Below are positions 36,545 to 49,364 of a stretch of DNA of 64,000 bases, piece after piece. The DNA is taken from NCBI RefSeq assembly GCF_016433145.1, contig NC_058131.1:140753378-140817377 (forward strand). Reading direction: 5' to 3'. Position 1 is the stretch's first letter, and every line of letters begins with the position of its first letter. The translations under genes were made by a program, and so were the position numbers. The notes below the pieces were generated by a model. The model was given only the letters and a program-made list of their open reading frames with translations. It had not been told where the DNA came from and did no database searches. The DNA is from Gracilinanus agilis. Taxonomy: Eukaryota.

Positions 36545-38270
36545 TCACTAAGCATCTATTAAGCATCCAATATTTGCCACTGGGGATGCAAAAAAGGTAA
36601 AGGCAGTCCCTGCTCTCAAGAAACTTACAGTCTAATGGGAGAAATAACATGCAAACACTTATGTACAAACAAGTTATATATAACACAAAATCAATAAAGG
36701 GGAGGTACTCAGATTGAGGGGATAAGGAAAGGTTTCTTCTAGAGGGGTGGGACTTTAGATAGGGTTTGAAGGAAACTAGGGGAGTCTGGAGGTGAAGATG
36801 AAGAGGGAAGTATTCCAGGCATGAGCTTTAGCAGTGAATATTCACAAAATTAGGAGAGTGTCTCATTCAAGGAATAGCAAGGAGGGTAGGCTTGCTGGAT
36901 TACAGAGTTCATGGTGGGGGTACAAAATATAAGAATGTGAGGACAGGTAGATTTTAAGTGGGGCACCTATAGTTAGTGGGCATGACCTGGACAAAGATCT
37001 AGAAAAGGAGATTGAGAAGTAGTTTGATAGGCAGGATAATGAGGAAGGAATAGTGTCATAAATCCAGAGATATGAGAGCATCAAGAAGAAGGTGATTGAT
37101 AGTGTCAAAGGCTTCAGAGAAATCAAGTGGGATGTGAATTGAGAAAAAGTTCATTGTATTTTGCAATTGTGATTGTTAGTAATTTTGATTCAATAATAAA
37201 CTCAGAAGTCAGACTATAGAAAGTTGGGAAGAGAGTCATAGGAAAGGAAGTGGAGGTACCTATCATGAATCAGCTTCTCAAAGAGTTTAGACACAAAAGT
37301 AGGTGAAATATGAGATGAAGGTGGGAATGGATGGATTAAGTGAGGATTTTTTGAGAAAGGGACAGACACATGCATGTTTGTAGGCAGTAGGGAGAAAGCC
37401 AATATTTAGTCTATAGAGAATGTAGAAAAGTGAGAGTAATAATGACAAAGAGGGCACTCTGCTGGAGAAAACCAGGATATAATGGCATCCCTTGGGTATG
37501 CAGAAGAATTAGCCTTGGTAAGAAGAAGGGCTGCCTCATTGTATGAGACAGGAATGAAGGAGGAGATTGTGACAGAGGGCATCTGGGTAATGTGAGATCA
37601 AGAGGAGGACAGAACATTCAGTGAATACCCTCATTTTTTTTCTTTAGGAAAATATGCAGCAAGATTCTCAGGTGAGAGGATGTGGAGAGGAGGAGTCATG
37701 GGAGCTTTGAGGAGAGATGAAAAAGTTGAGAGGAATCATTATGGTGAGTGGGAGAGTAGGTTAATTAGGGAGGTGTAAAAGATGTTGTCTTGCTTTAGAG
37801 AGGGCCCAGTTTAGGTCATGTAACACAAATTTTTAGTGCAGTCATGTAGTCAGCATGATGTTATGAATTTCACCAACATTGTTCAGCAGCATGTTTGTAG
37901 GAATAATGATAGCATATAGGGGAGGGAGGGACTATACAAAGCCCAGGCCTGGCAGGACAAGATTGTCAGAATGCAAAGAGGACAAAGAACTCAATAGAAG
38001 AGGAAATTGTAGGGATGACCTTGTTCATCAACAGGCCAAGATGGGAAAAAATAGAGTCTAACTAGTGCAGGAATAATGGCCGTGGAGAGAATGGAGGACT
38101 TAGTGGGCAGCAGGTCAAGGGATAGGTGAAGAGCAGGATTTGTGGTATCATGCACAGGAAGGGAAGGAACAATGCTAGTTTGTAATTAGATAAAGTAATT
38201 TCAGAGTTCATGAACATTGAGGTGGTGCATTTGTGGGTAATGGCAACATCAAAGGAAAGATCATTTTTCT
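36545..38270 (-). mobile_element. L2 LINE, about 1.7 kb
   Basis: L2 tail (ggcagtccctgctctcaagaaacttacagtctaatggg) followed by a long purine-rich antisense ORF2 remnant. Confidence 0.9.
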
Positions 38271-38284
38271 GTGCTCTTACCAGC

Positions 38285-38525
38285 AGAGAATAGAGTGCTA
38301 GGCCTGAAGTCATGAAGACTCCTCTTCCTGAGTTCAAATCTACCCTCAGACATTTACTAGCTGAGTGACCCTGGGCAAATCACTTAACTCTATTTGCCTT
38401 AGTTTCCTCATCTGTCTAATGAGCTAGAGAAGGTTATGGCAAACCACTCCACTGTCTCTGCCAAGAAAACCCAAATGGGGTCATGAAGAGTCAGATATGA
38501 CTGACAGACTAAACAAAATAATAAC
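38285..38525 (+). mobile_element. MAR1 SINE
   Basis: cctgagttcaaatctaccctcagacatttactagc...gagaaggttatggcaaaccactccac...ggggtcatgaagagtcaga. Confidence 0.92.
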
Positions 38526-38764
38526 AAGCTGAGAAGGTATGGTCAAGTGGCTTTTTTGCAATGAGCCTCAATTGGCTTATCCATTTTAACAGTTTAATCC
38601 CTGTGTTGACTCACAGGATTACCTGGAAAGCTAGAAGAAGATAAGGTATGTAAAGCAGTATATAAATTCAGCAGTTGTTATAATTCTATAATGTTACTTT
38701 CCAAGGTAGCTCCATTTAATTCAGAAAGTATTTGTTTAACAACTAGCACATTACCAGCAGTGTA

Positions 38765-41090
38765 CTTGCTTCTGAGCTTCCTCATTCTCCATATCTCAAT
38801 ACCCCTTGATATATCTTCTTAATTCTAGTCCCTGATGAAAAGAGGGCTCTTCTCCTTACCAATCACATCATCTATGTATAATCTTGATCCCATTTTCTCC
38901 CATTTCCTCCCATTTCCCTAGCATGTTGTTGTCCCTCTAACAGTAGTTTTCTTTTCCTCTTTTAAGTCTTTCCTTATATACTTCTGTCTTCATTGCTGCC
39001 TATAAGCATACTCAGGTTTTCCCCATTAAAAAAACAAAATTAAAGGAATCCTCTCCTGATTCTAATATCCTCTAATTTATTTATCCTATAATCTCTTCCC
39101 TTTTAGAGATGAATCCCAGAAAAAAAGCTCACTATATTCTTTGTCTCAACATACTTTCCTCTCATTTACTATTCAACTCTTTGCAATTTGGCTTTTGACC
39201 TCATCACTCAATTGAAATTGCAGTCTCCAAGATTACCAATGATTCTTTAATTTACAAAATCAGTGGTCTTTTCCCAATCTTTATCTGCCTTGTCCCCATT
39301 GCAGTATTTGCCATTATTGAATACTATTTCCTCCCAATATTCTCTCTTCTAAAGATTTTTGTGACTCATTCTTGATCCTTTTCCTACATGTATGACCATT
39401 CCATTTCTGAGTATCCTTTGTTGGATCAACTTTCTTGTTCTACCTCCTTAGTAAGTGGGTGTGTCCCAAAGCACTATTTGTGTGGCTTCTTTTCTTTCTC
39501 TGCCTTCTTTCTTTTAGTGACTAGATCTAGTCATGAATCTGCAACTGTCTATTGAACTTTTTTGTCCATTTATTTATTTGCTTGTTTGTTACACCACAAT
39601 ACCCAGCTAACTCCCTCCCTCCCCTCATTCTACAAGAGAGGCATCACCTGACAAAAAGACTCATTAATACATAAAATTATGTCTTATTTATTTTTACCCA
39701 TCACTTCTTTCTCTAGGGGTTCACATACACAAGTCACTCCTCAAACAATACTTCTCTTGCTGTATATATTGTTCTCCATGTTCTGATCATTTTACTTTTC
39801 ACCATTTTCTATAGGTTTTTCTATGTTTTCCCAAAATTAACCTCTTTGCCATTTCTTACAATGCAGTGGTAACACATTGCAGCACAATGACTTGCCACAA
39901 CCTGTATAGCCATTTGCTATTCAATGGGTAACCTCCAATCTCTAGCTGCCCACCAACACAAAGGGAGATATCATAAAAAAAATTAGAACAGGGAACATAT
40001 TACTTATCAGATTTGTGGATAGGCGAAGAATATATGGATAAACAAGAGAGAGAAAGCATTATGAGTTGTAAAGTGGATAATTTTGAACATATTAAATTGA
40101 AAAGGTTTTGTACAGATAAAACTAATATAACCAAGTTTGGAAGAAAAGCAGTACATTAAATCAAGTTTAAAATTCAGAAGAAAATCTGAATTTTCAGAAG
40201 AAAAATTCATTCAAAGAAAAATGTAAAATGGACGTAAGCCCCAAAAGAGTACTTGGAAGAGCTTAAAATACTTTAAAACAAAAATGACAGAGGTCAAGGA
40301 AAAAAATTAGGAAAAAATAAAAGTAATTCAAGAAAATTATGAAAGTTCAACCAATTAGAGAGATCCAAAAACTCACTGAAGAAAATAATTCATTAAAATT
40401 TAGTATGAGTCAAAGGGAAGCGAATAACTTATTAAGACATAAACAAAAATGGAAAAATATAAGAGAATAGGAAAAATCTTATTAAAAGACAAGTGTCATG
40501 GAAAACAGATTGATAAGAGGCAATATAAGAATTCTCGAACTATTAAACTTTTTAAAACATGGGCTAGAGAAATGGGGTTAAGTAGCTTGCTGAGAGTCAC
40601 AGATCTAGGAAGTATCTGAGGTCAGATTTGAACCCTGGTCCTTCCAACTCTAGGCCTGATCTCTATCCTCTATGCAACTTGGATGCCCCTCTCTATTCAC
40701 TCTTTGGTCTAGCCAAACTGGCTATCTTGCTAAATTTTAACCTTCCATCTTTTTCCTTGTCTTTACCTAGGCTGGAATATATGTTCTTCTCACTTCTGCC
40801 TCTTAGAGTCTCCTACTTTCCTTCAAATTTCATCTGAAGATTCTCTTTCTATAAGAAGCTTATCCTGATCTACCCTGGCTGCTAGTATCTCTTTTCCAAC
40901 TCATTTTGCATATATTTTGAACTTATTAATTTATTTTATATGATTATATATGAACATGTTATCTCCTAATTATATTATAAGCACCTTGAGGACTATTTAT
41001 TTTTGTTTTTATGTTCCCAGTATGTAGCATAGAATCTGCCACAGGATAGGTATTTAATAAAAGCTTGCCAATTGAATGATTGATTAGTTG
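38765..41090 (+). mobile_element. L2 LINE split by the composite L1 (39563-40539) and a MIR (about 40560-40690)
   Basis: L2 body at 38765-39545; L2 3' end at 40690-41090 ending tttaataaaagcttgccaattgaatgattgatt. Confidence 0.75.
39563..40539. mobile_element. Composite L1 insertion: 3' end (minus, about 39563-39975) + ORF2 C-terminal piece (plus, about 39980-40150) + ORF1 N-terminal piece (plus, about 40160-40539)
   Basis: All three pieces are recognisable as L1; flanked by ctatt(g/a)aacttttt at 39549-39562 and 40540-40553. Confidence 0.8.
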
Positions 41091-42844
41091 TCTTGGGGGA
41101 CACAAGATAACTAGAAAATAAGGCTCTTGCTATTCTAAAGCTTATAGAATCATTTGAAAGATAATGCATATAAAATAGATAATGATACAAGAAGGCATAA
41201 AAATTATCTAAATGAATGATATAGATTTCACATATAGGAGGAAGACTTCAAAGAAGGAAGAAGTCAATATGGCCTACAACAGTTAGAGAAAGTTTCTTGG
41301 AAATCTTGAGTTGAATCTTATCCCAAATAAGTGATTTTACTATACCAAATTTTTGTTGGAAATGAAAAAAATAGAGAAGAAATTATTTGATACATTATTT
41401 GATATTCTAGCTCTCCCAATATGTGTTCTTTTTTGCCAGATTTATATATGTGTGTTTATCTAGCTTGCACATTAAATCCAGTAGACTCATAAAGGTAGGG
41501 AGCTATCGTGACAATCTGGTTATGATTCAGTCTCAATAGTGGGCTGAACACTCTACTGCACAAAACGTTGCTTTTGTGTCTTATTTGTAACTGCTGTCAG
41601 GGGATGCCACTTGATCTTTCACAAGTTAAGACCAAGAAAAAGAGATAGGAGGAGATACGGTGAAATCATCTTACACCAGACTCCCTGGACAATGGGCTCT
41701 CCTATACCAATAGTTCTAAAAATATCTCTTGCAGATGCAGAAAGCTATAGTTGTGCTTTTTTTTACAGAATCCTGATGAATCTAAAGCATTGCAGAATGT
41801 CATTTCTCAGCAACAAATTCAGCAACTTTTCTGATGTTTCTTCCAGTTTAATAAATCCAGACCCTTGTGACTCATACAACATGTGTGATGACAAGTAATA
41901 ATAACTTGTGAGAAAAGGGAACATTTTTTTACCTCCTTCCCAACTCATGAGTATAGTATGGGGATTCCATGGGGAAGGCTTTGGGGAGAAGGAGAACATA
42001 TATTTTTAGGGTTTCTGTGTTTACACATCTGGACACTGAAGCAAGCTGGATACTAATTTCTTTTCCTGAGAAGTAGGGTTGGTAGAAAAGGCTGAGTTTG
42101 ATTCCAAATCACCTCCGTGTTGAGGGGTCTCCTTCCCTCCTGGGGCCTTGAGATAAAAGCATTGACAGGGCTGATCTTTGCAGAGGTAGAACTGTCCTCT
42201 CTTAAAGCACACTTTTTATGTGATATGTTTTTTCAGACATTTTCCATTTGCTTAAAATGCTCTCATGTATCTCCTATTTGTAGAAGCAAGAGCAGAACAT
42301 TGGATTTGATGTCAGAATATCTCAGTCGTACTACCTATTATCTTAGAGAAGGCATTGAAGTTTTCAGAACTGTGGTTTCTTTATCTGAAATTCCAAATAA
42401 TCATATTGTACTTAAACCTCACAGGGTTCTTGGAGAGTCTCATTAATCATCTCATTTCAGAAGGAATAGTTTTAGATAAAACAAAGTAGATCCATCTGTT
42501 TCAGTCTAGTTTCTCCTTCTCTAGCAATGTAGCTGGCCCTGTGTGGGCTATGGATAAGGCAGTCCACCAATCACAGAAGGTAAGGAAACTAAGCCACAGA
42601 GACATTAAAAAACTTGCCCAAGATTGTGTAACTACTTAATAGCTCAGAACCAGTATTATCTATTCAAGTTTTTCATATTTGATACTGTTGATATTACTGG
42701 TGGCTTCTTTCTCGTGGGATGTTACATCATTGTTTATAGTGATGGGAGTGATTTTTCAATTCCAATTTCCTCTTGCATCTCTAGTAAGTAAGTAAAATAT
42801 AATAGCTAATGGAATTCAACATGCGATTGTAGAGTGAAGATCTG

Positions 42845-43035
42845 CATTTCATAAGGTCATAGGTCTAAAGGTGACTTGGAAGTTATTTACTTCAACTTGA
42901 TTGTTTTACAGATAAGGGAATTGAGGGCCAAAAAATGTTGAAGTGACTTTTATGAGATCACACAACTAGAAAGTGGAAAAGCCCAGCATTTAAGGCCAAA
43001 CTCTTATTCCAAATTCCATGATCAGAGTTTACCAT
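42845..43035 (-). mobile_element. MIR3-like SINE
   Basis: ggtcataggtctaaaggtgacttggaag...ttttacagataagggaattgaggg. Confidence 0.75.
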
Positions 43036-43072
43036 GTTGCTTTTCAGAAATCCATTTTGGTTGCTGTTAGAA

Positions 43073-43249
43073 TAGGAGTTCTTCACCATTTTTGTGTCCA
43101 GGATCCCTGTGGCTCCCTGGTGAAGTCTTTGAATTCTTTCTCAGAAGAACATTTTCAAATCCACAAAATAAAACTTAGACAAAAACTATACTGAAATAGT
43201 TATCAAAATATATTTTTAAAATTCACAGACCTCAGGTTAAGAACCCTTG
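43073..43249 (-). mobile_element. hAT-Charlie (Charlie4z/MER80-like) MITE
   Basis: TIRs taggagttcttcacc and ggttaagaacccttg; degenerate 8-bp TSD tgttagaa/tcctagat resembling the hAT NTCTAGAN target. Confidence 0.85.
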
Positions 43250-43999
43250 TCCTAGATTTTCACCTGCCACCCCTTCTGAACCAGCAGTTGCAGAGACCAT
43301 GCTGGGAACATCCCCATGGATTTTTCTCTCTGATGATTCACCTATCAGGTTGGCTAGGAACCAATGGGAAGTAGTTCATGTAAGCTTTTATCGTTTGTCC
43401 TATCAGTTTTTAAAAGGAAATCCTAGAAGGATACAGCCAAAGTCATCTAAGGTGAGACCAAAAAGCAATTGAGACCATCATTCTCTCCCTCCTTTATGGA
43501 GACAGCTAAGAGGAAATCTATAATCGAGGACAAGGCTATTTAAAAAATTCAGTTTGAGACTGAGCAAAATGTTTTCTCAATTGATTCTCAACCACTGAGA
43601 TTGATCCAGGGACCATCACTCATGAAGACCAGGCAGGTTAACAAACAGTAAATTCCCATTTGGTTAGGATAAGACCAACTGGGAAATATAGATAATCAAC
43701 CCATGCTATGTGTTCTAGTTTAGAGGTAGGTATTTTTAAGAGTTTTTTTCTTTCCAACAAATAAAAATAGGAGGAAAATATGCCTCTTTACATTCTCAGG
43801 TTCATTAAAAAATATTAAAAGCTCTGCTTCAGTTTTTACATATAAAAGGGTGATTCAGCTGATAATTAGGTATGATGAGTTAATCAAAATCAAATATCCA
43901 AAAGGAATTCTTTGAATGTGTAAACGCTCTGTATAATAGCCTAAAAGACAAGATAAACACACCTGAATACATTGGAGAACAATATCATAGTGGAACAAA

Positions 44000-44600
44000 C
44001 AAATTTAACACACATTAAATACCTTCTATATTTAAGGCACCAGAAGTCAGGGTGGGGTACAAAGATGTCAGAGTTACTGATTTTGTTCAGGGAGACAACA
44101 AGGTTTAGTGGAAAAGACACAGACTCAGGAGTCAGTTAAAATCCTACCTCTGATGCTGACTAATTCTATGTTAGCAAGTCATTTAACCTACCCCAGACCT
44201 CAGTTTTCTCATCTGTAAAATGGAGAGGGGTGGGACTAGGTTATTTTTGAGCTCCTTTCCTGCCCTAGGTCTATGATCTTATGTTCTCAAGGAATTTACA
44301 GCCTAGCAGTGAGAATGAAAAATATATACAAATGAATATAACATAAAAAGAATGTGATAAATAAGCATATAAACATATGTATATACATATTATTTATATA
44401 GTGCTATAAAGTTTGCAAAGCTTCTCACAACAACCCTATGAGGAAGATGTTTTATTACACAAATGTGACAGATGGGGAAACTTACATCGAGAATGTTTCA
44501 ATGACTTGTCTATAGTTCTACAACTAATAAGTGTCCAAGGTAGGATTTGAACTCAGTTCTTCCTGACTCCAAATTCAGCACTCTTTTCATTATTCTATTT
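44000..44600. mobile_element. Nested L2 tail (minus), MIR3 (plus, about 44095-44280) and MIR (minus, about 44395-44600)
   Basis: CORE motifs in both orientations between L2-tail pieces. Confidence 0.7.
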
Positions 44601-44851
44601 AGTTGGCTCTAAGGGAAACAAAAGAAGTAAAAATAATTCATTGCTTTAAATTCTCTGCATTTTGCAAAGTGCTTTCTTCCCACCAACCTTTAGAGGTAGA
44701 TAGTGTAAGAATGTTCTTTTACGCATAAAAGGAAATTTAGACTTAGGTCCAGGCACTTGGCCATAGACACTAGGAGAAGTTTGACCTTAATCAACAATTC
44801 ATTAACAATCATTTATTAAGTGCTTGCTGTTACTATGGTTACTTCTAATTG

Positions 44852-45095
44852 CTTGTTGTTCAATCACTTCAGTTGCATCTGATCCTTCTTAACTCCACTT
44901 GGGGTTTTCTTGCCAAAAATACTGGAGTAGTTTGCCATTTCCTTCTCCAGCTCATTTGACAGATAAGGAAACTGAGGCCAACAGGGTAAAGCCACTTGCC
45001 TAGGGTCACACAACTAGTGTCTGAGGTCAGATTTGAACTCAGATCTTCTTAACTCTAGGCCTGGCACTCTATTCAGTGCACCACTCAGCTACCCT
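44852..45095 (-). mobile_element. MAR1 SINE
   Basis: ttgttgttcaatcacttcag...ttggggttttcttgccaaaaatactggagtagtttgccatttccttctccagctc. Confidence 0.93.
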
Positions 45096-45339
45096 ATTTC
45101 TAATAGCTCATATTTATAAATCAATTCAAGATTTACAAAACTTTTAACATATTATTTCATTTGCTCTTCATAATAACCCCTTGATATAAGTATTATCTTC
45201 ATTATATAGATAAAGAAATGGAGGCTGGTAAAAACTGAATATCTTGCTCAGATTCTTAAAATTAGTGATGATCTGACACCAGATTTGGACTTGGGCTTTT
45301 CTGACTCTAAGACCAACTCAGTCTAATATGAGTCAGCTG

Positions 45340-46180
45340 CTGCTGTCACGTACCAAGCTGTGTTCTAAGTGCTGGGAAACAGAAAGACAAAAGTATAACA
45401 ATCACTAAGCCTTATTTTAATGTGGAAAAACCCCATTTATACATACAAACATAAAGAGATTTTTCAAATTCAGTAGAAGGTGGTCTGGGAAGGAGGATGT
45501 AGCAGCTTAATTTTGTTTTGGATTCTGGTACTTAATCTACTGCCTCCAGAAAGGATGCTAGAAGAATTCCAAACAGGAGGAGATTCTTTCTGATTTCCGA
45601 GGCAGGAGAATGGGGGGAAAGTTTCATGGGGCAGGAGACACTGGTGCTGGGTCATAGAAGATGAGAAAGAGGGGAAGCATTTGAGGAAAAAGGGGATGAT
45701 TTGAGAAAAGGCAAAAGAATGGGGAAGCACAGAGAATGTTTTTAGCAAATAATGTACAATTAGGCTTACCAAGACCATGAAGGGTTTATGCCACAAAAAA
45801 TAAGACTTTAGAAGTGGTCTCTGTAGTGTTTGGAGGACTTGGAATACCAGTCAGAGGAGAGTAGCTTGAATTTGGTAAGTCATAGGAAGTTTTTGGAGCA
45901 GAAGAGTGGCTTGATGGTATTTGAGAATACCTTAGTGTTTTGGTCTATGAGGATTCATCTGCCAGAATTTGAATAGCAGTGGCCCTGCACAAAGGAGATT
46001 AGTAAAGAGAGATTAATCCAGGTCAGAGGTAATGAACACCTTGACCTGGTGGTGGCAATGGAAAAGATGAGCTGGATGTGAGAGATTGCAAAGGTAAAAT
46101 CAATAGGGCTTGGCAACTGATTGGACATGGGAGAAAAGGGAAAGAGAAGAATCAAAGATAACATCAAGGTTTTGAGCCAG
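45340..46180 (-). mobile_element. L2 fragment (preceded by a MIR at about 45100-45320)
   Basis: Purine-rich antisense L2 (ttggtaagtcataggaagtttttggagcag..., ggcttggcaactgattggac). Confidence 0.8.
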
Positions 46181-46701
46181 GGAGAAGAAGCCTTTAAATG
46201 GAACTATGGGTCATATTTTCCATTTGGTATTAAGTTCTTTACCTCCCTACTTCAACTTGATTTCTGAACAGTCTGGCCTCATTTTTCTCTAGGCTCTGTG
46301 AAAGGTCCCGGAATCGTTATTGAGCACATACTAAAGAAAAGGAAATAATCACTGAATAGAATATCAGTTATGCAACTTTGCTTGAACTTGAGGCATAAGA
46401 TCATTATGGACTAATTTCCCAGTGAGGTCACCAATGCCCTGACCTCAGAGCAGCTTGATCCTTTGCCCACAGACTTTAGTGATACTCTTTGGAATTAGGA
46501 AAGGATGTGCCCTCCCAGTTGCCCTCCAAGAATTGGTTGTGAAGTAGAAAAACACAGTGATGTATTTTAAAGGAAAATACTTGGGGCCCCCAAACTACTT
46601 GTGTCCCTCTGCCTCCATGTAATGAAGGATCAGCTGTTGGACTCTTTGTTGGATCCTTGTATATGATCACTTTGCAAGCACCAAACACTGACCCATTTAA
46701 G

Positions 46702-46908
46702 CAGGAGTCGGCAATGTATGGCTCATGAGCCATATCTGGCTCTTTTGAGGGCCAGATATGGCTTTTTCTGCAGGAGCCATAAAGTAAATTTTTTTTCAGG
46801 TGCTGTTACAGGAGCACACACTGTGAGCACTGTACGGCTCTCATGAAATTACATTTTTAAAAATGTGGCGTTTATGGCTCTCATGGCCAAAAAGGTTGCA
46901 GATCCCTG
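46702..46908 (+). mobile_element. Intact 207-bp non-autonomous hAT MITE
   Basis: TIRs caggagtcggcaa and ttgcagatccctg; perfect 8-bp TSD catttaag at 46694-46701 and 46909-46916. Confidence 0.95.
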
Positions 46909-47214
46909 CATTTAAGGAAGGATACCAGTTTTTTGCCCCTTTTTCTTTTTCTTTTTCTTTTTCTTTTTTTTTGCCCATTAGTACTTGGAGTGACTATTTA
47001 ATTTTAGTTCTGAGTGGGGCAGAATCAGTAGTGGACTTCCTAGCACAAATTGTAAATTACTCTCTTCATATCCTAGGAGTCAGCTGCACTGCTGAACTGT
47101 GAACCTACCTTAGTCTGTTTGGCCAATATCTGTTATCAGTGTCTATTATTCCAGAGTGTGGTTGGTCAGCTATTTGAGATGATACATTTCCTGCCTCTAT
47201 TTGTCTATTAAGAA

Positions 47215-47395
47215 GCAGCATAGCATAAAGGTTAAAACACTTGCATTGGAGCCAGGAATACTTTGAGTTCAAATCCCCCTGCTAACTTTCTGATCCTGCA
47301 CAACTTACTTAATATCTCTGCCTCAGTTTCCTCAGATAGAAAACAATGGACTTAAATGATATTCTCTAAGGTCCTTTAAAACTCTAAATCTAGAG
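47215..47395 (+). mobile_element. MIR3-like SINE
   Basis: gaagcagcatagcataaagg...gagttcaaatccc...cctcagtttcctcaga...ggacttaaatgat. Confidence 0.75.
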
Positions 47396-47504
47396 TAAAG
47401 TGATTTATATTTTCATTAAATAGCTGGGGACATTTTTCAGAACCCTATAGAAGTTCAGATAATTATTTCTCATGGCTGGGATGTCCAAAATAGTTATCCT
47501 TTCA

Positions 47505-48075
47505 GTTCTCTTTTTTAAAATTATTACTATTTTTTCATTTTATTATATATTTTTTCAATTACATGTACAATTTTTGACGTGTTTTCTGACATTTCATGAT
47601 TCTGATTCTTTCCCTCTCTTCCTCCCCTCTCTAAGGTGGTAAGAAGTTGGATATAGGTTACACCAGTACTTTCATGCAATACATATTTTCATATTCTCCA
47701 TGTTGTGCTTTTCAGTCTTCTTAATAGACTTACATTCCTTTAATTCTTTCCCCTGGAACTAGGAGTGAAAAGTTTTGAAGTGCTAATTCAGCTTAGCCAG
47801 CATTTATTGGAAGGGGAAATTTTTAATACATTTATTTCATTTTATTCAATTGTATTTTATTTTCAGAATCACATTCTCTCCTTCCCATTTTCCGCTCTCC
47901 TGCAGTTAAGAAAGTCAGAAAAGCACAATGCTTTACAACATGATTGATTAAGAAAAATAGATTCCCTCATTGGCCATGTCAGAAAAAAGTATGTCTCAAT
48001 CTACATTTCGAGTCTGTTAGGAAATGGGTAGGGTGTTTCATCATGAGTACTCTGAAATTGTGGTTGTTTATTATT
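47505..48075 (-). mobile_element. Two old L1 3' UTR fragments (about 47505-47720 and 47800-48075)
   Basis: T-rich tails followed by caattacatgtac...ttccctctcttcctcccc and atcatgagtactctgaaattgtgg. Confidence 0.7.
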
Positions 48076-48554
48076 TAACCAGCATTTATTAAATATCTTC
48101 TTGATGCATGCTAGGTGTTAAGTGCCAGAACAATAAAAATAAAAATGAAGCAACCTGTCTCCTCAGGAAGCTTATATTCTTCTGGGAGTGAGGTGAGGAA
48201 TCCAGTGTACTCACGAATAAATGTATAATATAATTTAAGATTGGAGAGAGCCTTAGTATTTGGGGAAATTAGAGAAGACTTCACTGAAAATATAGTTTCC
48301 AAGATAAGAATCAAATTTTGAAAATTGTCCAGTCCTGCTCATTGGAGATAATATCTTTTGCTTCTCTGTTACAAATCTTCATTGGTGATATGTTATAGCC
48401 TCTTCACATCTACCATGTAACCCTTTGGATGACTTGTAATGTTAAATCTTTGGAGACTGATATTGTATGATTCACAGGTATATAACAATGGGAAATGATG
48501 GTTTAAATGATGGCCTTTTTAATTTACTTCCTATTGCATCAATGTTCATTTAGT

Positions 48555-49175
48555 TTTTTTTATGTTTTTATTTTAATAACAAATTCCCACATGTTTTCTG
48601 AAGTTATATGATCCCTTAGCTGACAAGCAATTGAATCTGGGTTATACATGTATCATCATGCAAAATATATTTCCATATTATTTATTTTTGTAAGCGAATA
48701 ATCTTATGAAACCTAAACCCCAACACATATACCCAAATAAACAAGTGATAAGTCATATGCTTTCATCTGTATTCCTATTCCAACAGTTCTTTCTCTGGAG
48801 AAAAATAGCATTCTTTTCCATAAGTTCCTCAAAATTGTTCTGGATTGTTGTATTGCTGTTAGTAGCAAAGTCTATCACATTTGCTCATTCTATAATATTG
48901 CAGTTAACTATGTACAATGTTCTCCTGATTCTGCTTATTTCACTCTGCATCAGTTCATGTAGATCTTTCCAGCTCTTTCTGAAGTCATCCCATTCATCAT
49001 TCCTTGTAGCACAATAGTATTCCATTCAACATCATATGCCACAGTTTGGTTAGCCATTTTCCAATTGAGGGACAGCTCTTTAGTTTCCAATTCTTTGCAA
49101 CCACAAAAAGAGCAGCTATAAATATTTTTGTACAAACAGGTGCTTTCCCTTTTTTTTTCATCTCTTTGGAATTGA
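48555..49175 (-). mobile_element. 5'-truncated L1 (3' UTR plus ORF2 C-terminus)
   Basis: ORF 48997..49371 contains TKIFIAALFVVAKNWKLKSCPSIGKWLTKLWHM, the L1 ORF2 C-terminal motif. Confidence 0.92.
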
Positions 49176-49364
49176 CGGCCTTTTTAAAAAAAAGAAGACA
49201 TTCAGGGTCATTAAAAACTCTGAAAAACAATTGTCTGATAAATTTTACAGAAGAGTTATGCTTTTCCATATTGCTGTTCTGAAATGAATCATTCCAGGAA
49301 TGTCGCCAGAGGAAGGAAAGAAGTTTGTGGTTTTGATAGAAGAAATGAAGCAAACATGGAGGTT

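Noticed and set aside
38608-38650. Plus-strand microexon-like unit ending AAG|gtatgt
   Set aside because: The donor is ordinary MIR tail consensus (gataatgtatgtaaagc); no independent support.
40167-40192. 10-bp-stem hairpin aaaattcaga-agaaaa-tctgaatttt
   Set aside because: AT-rich local inversion near the ORF2/ORF1 junction of the composite L1; too short to imply a structured RNA.
41611-41999. Overlapping 95-aa plus and 78-aa minus ORFs in unique DNA
   Set aside because: No recognisable homology; splice sites are weak or lead to stops; length is within chance expectation.
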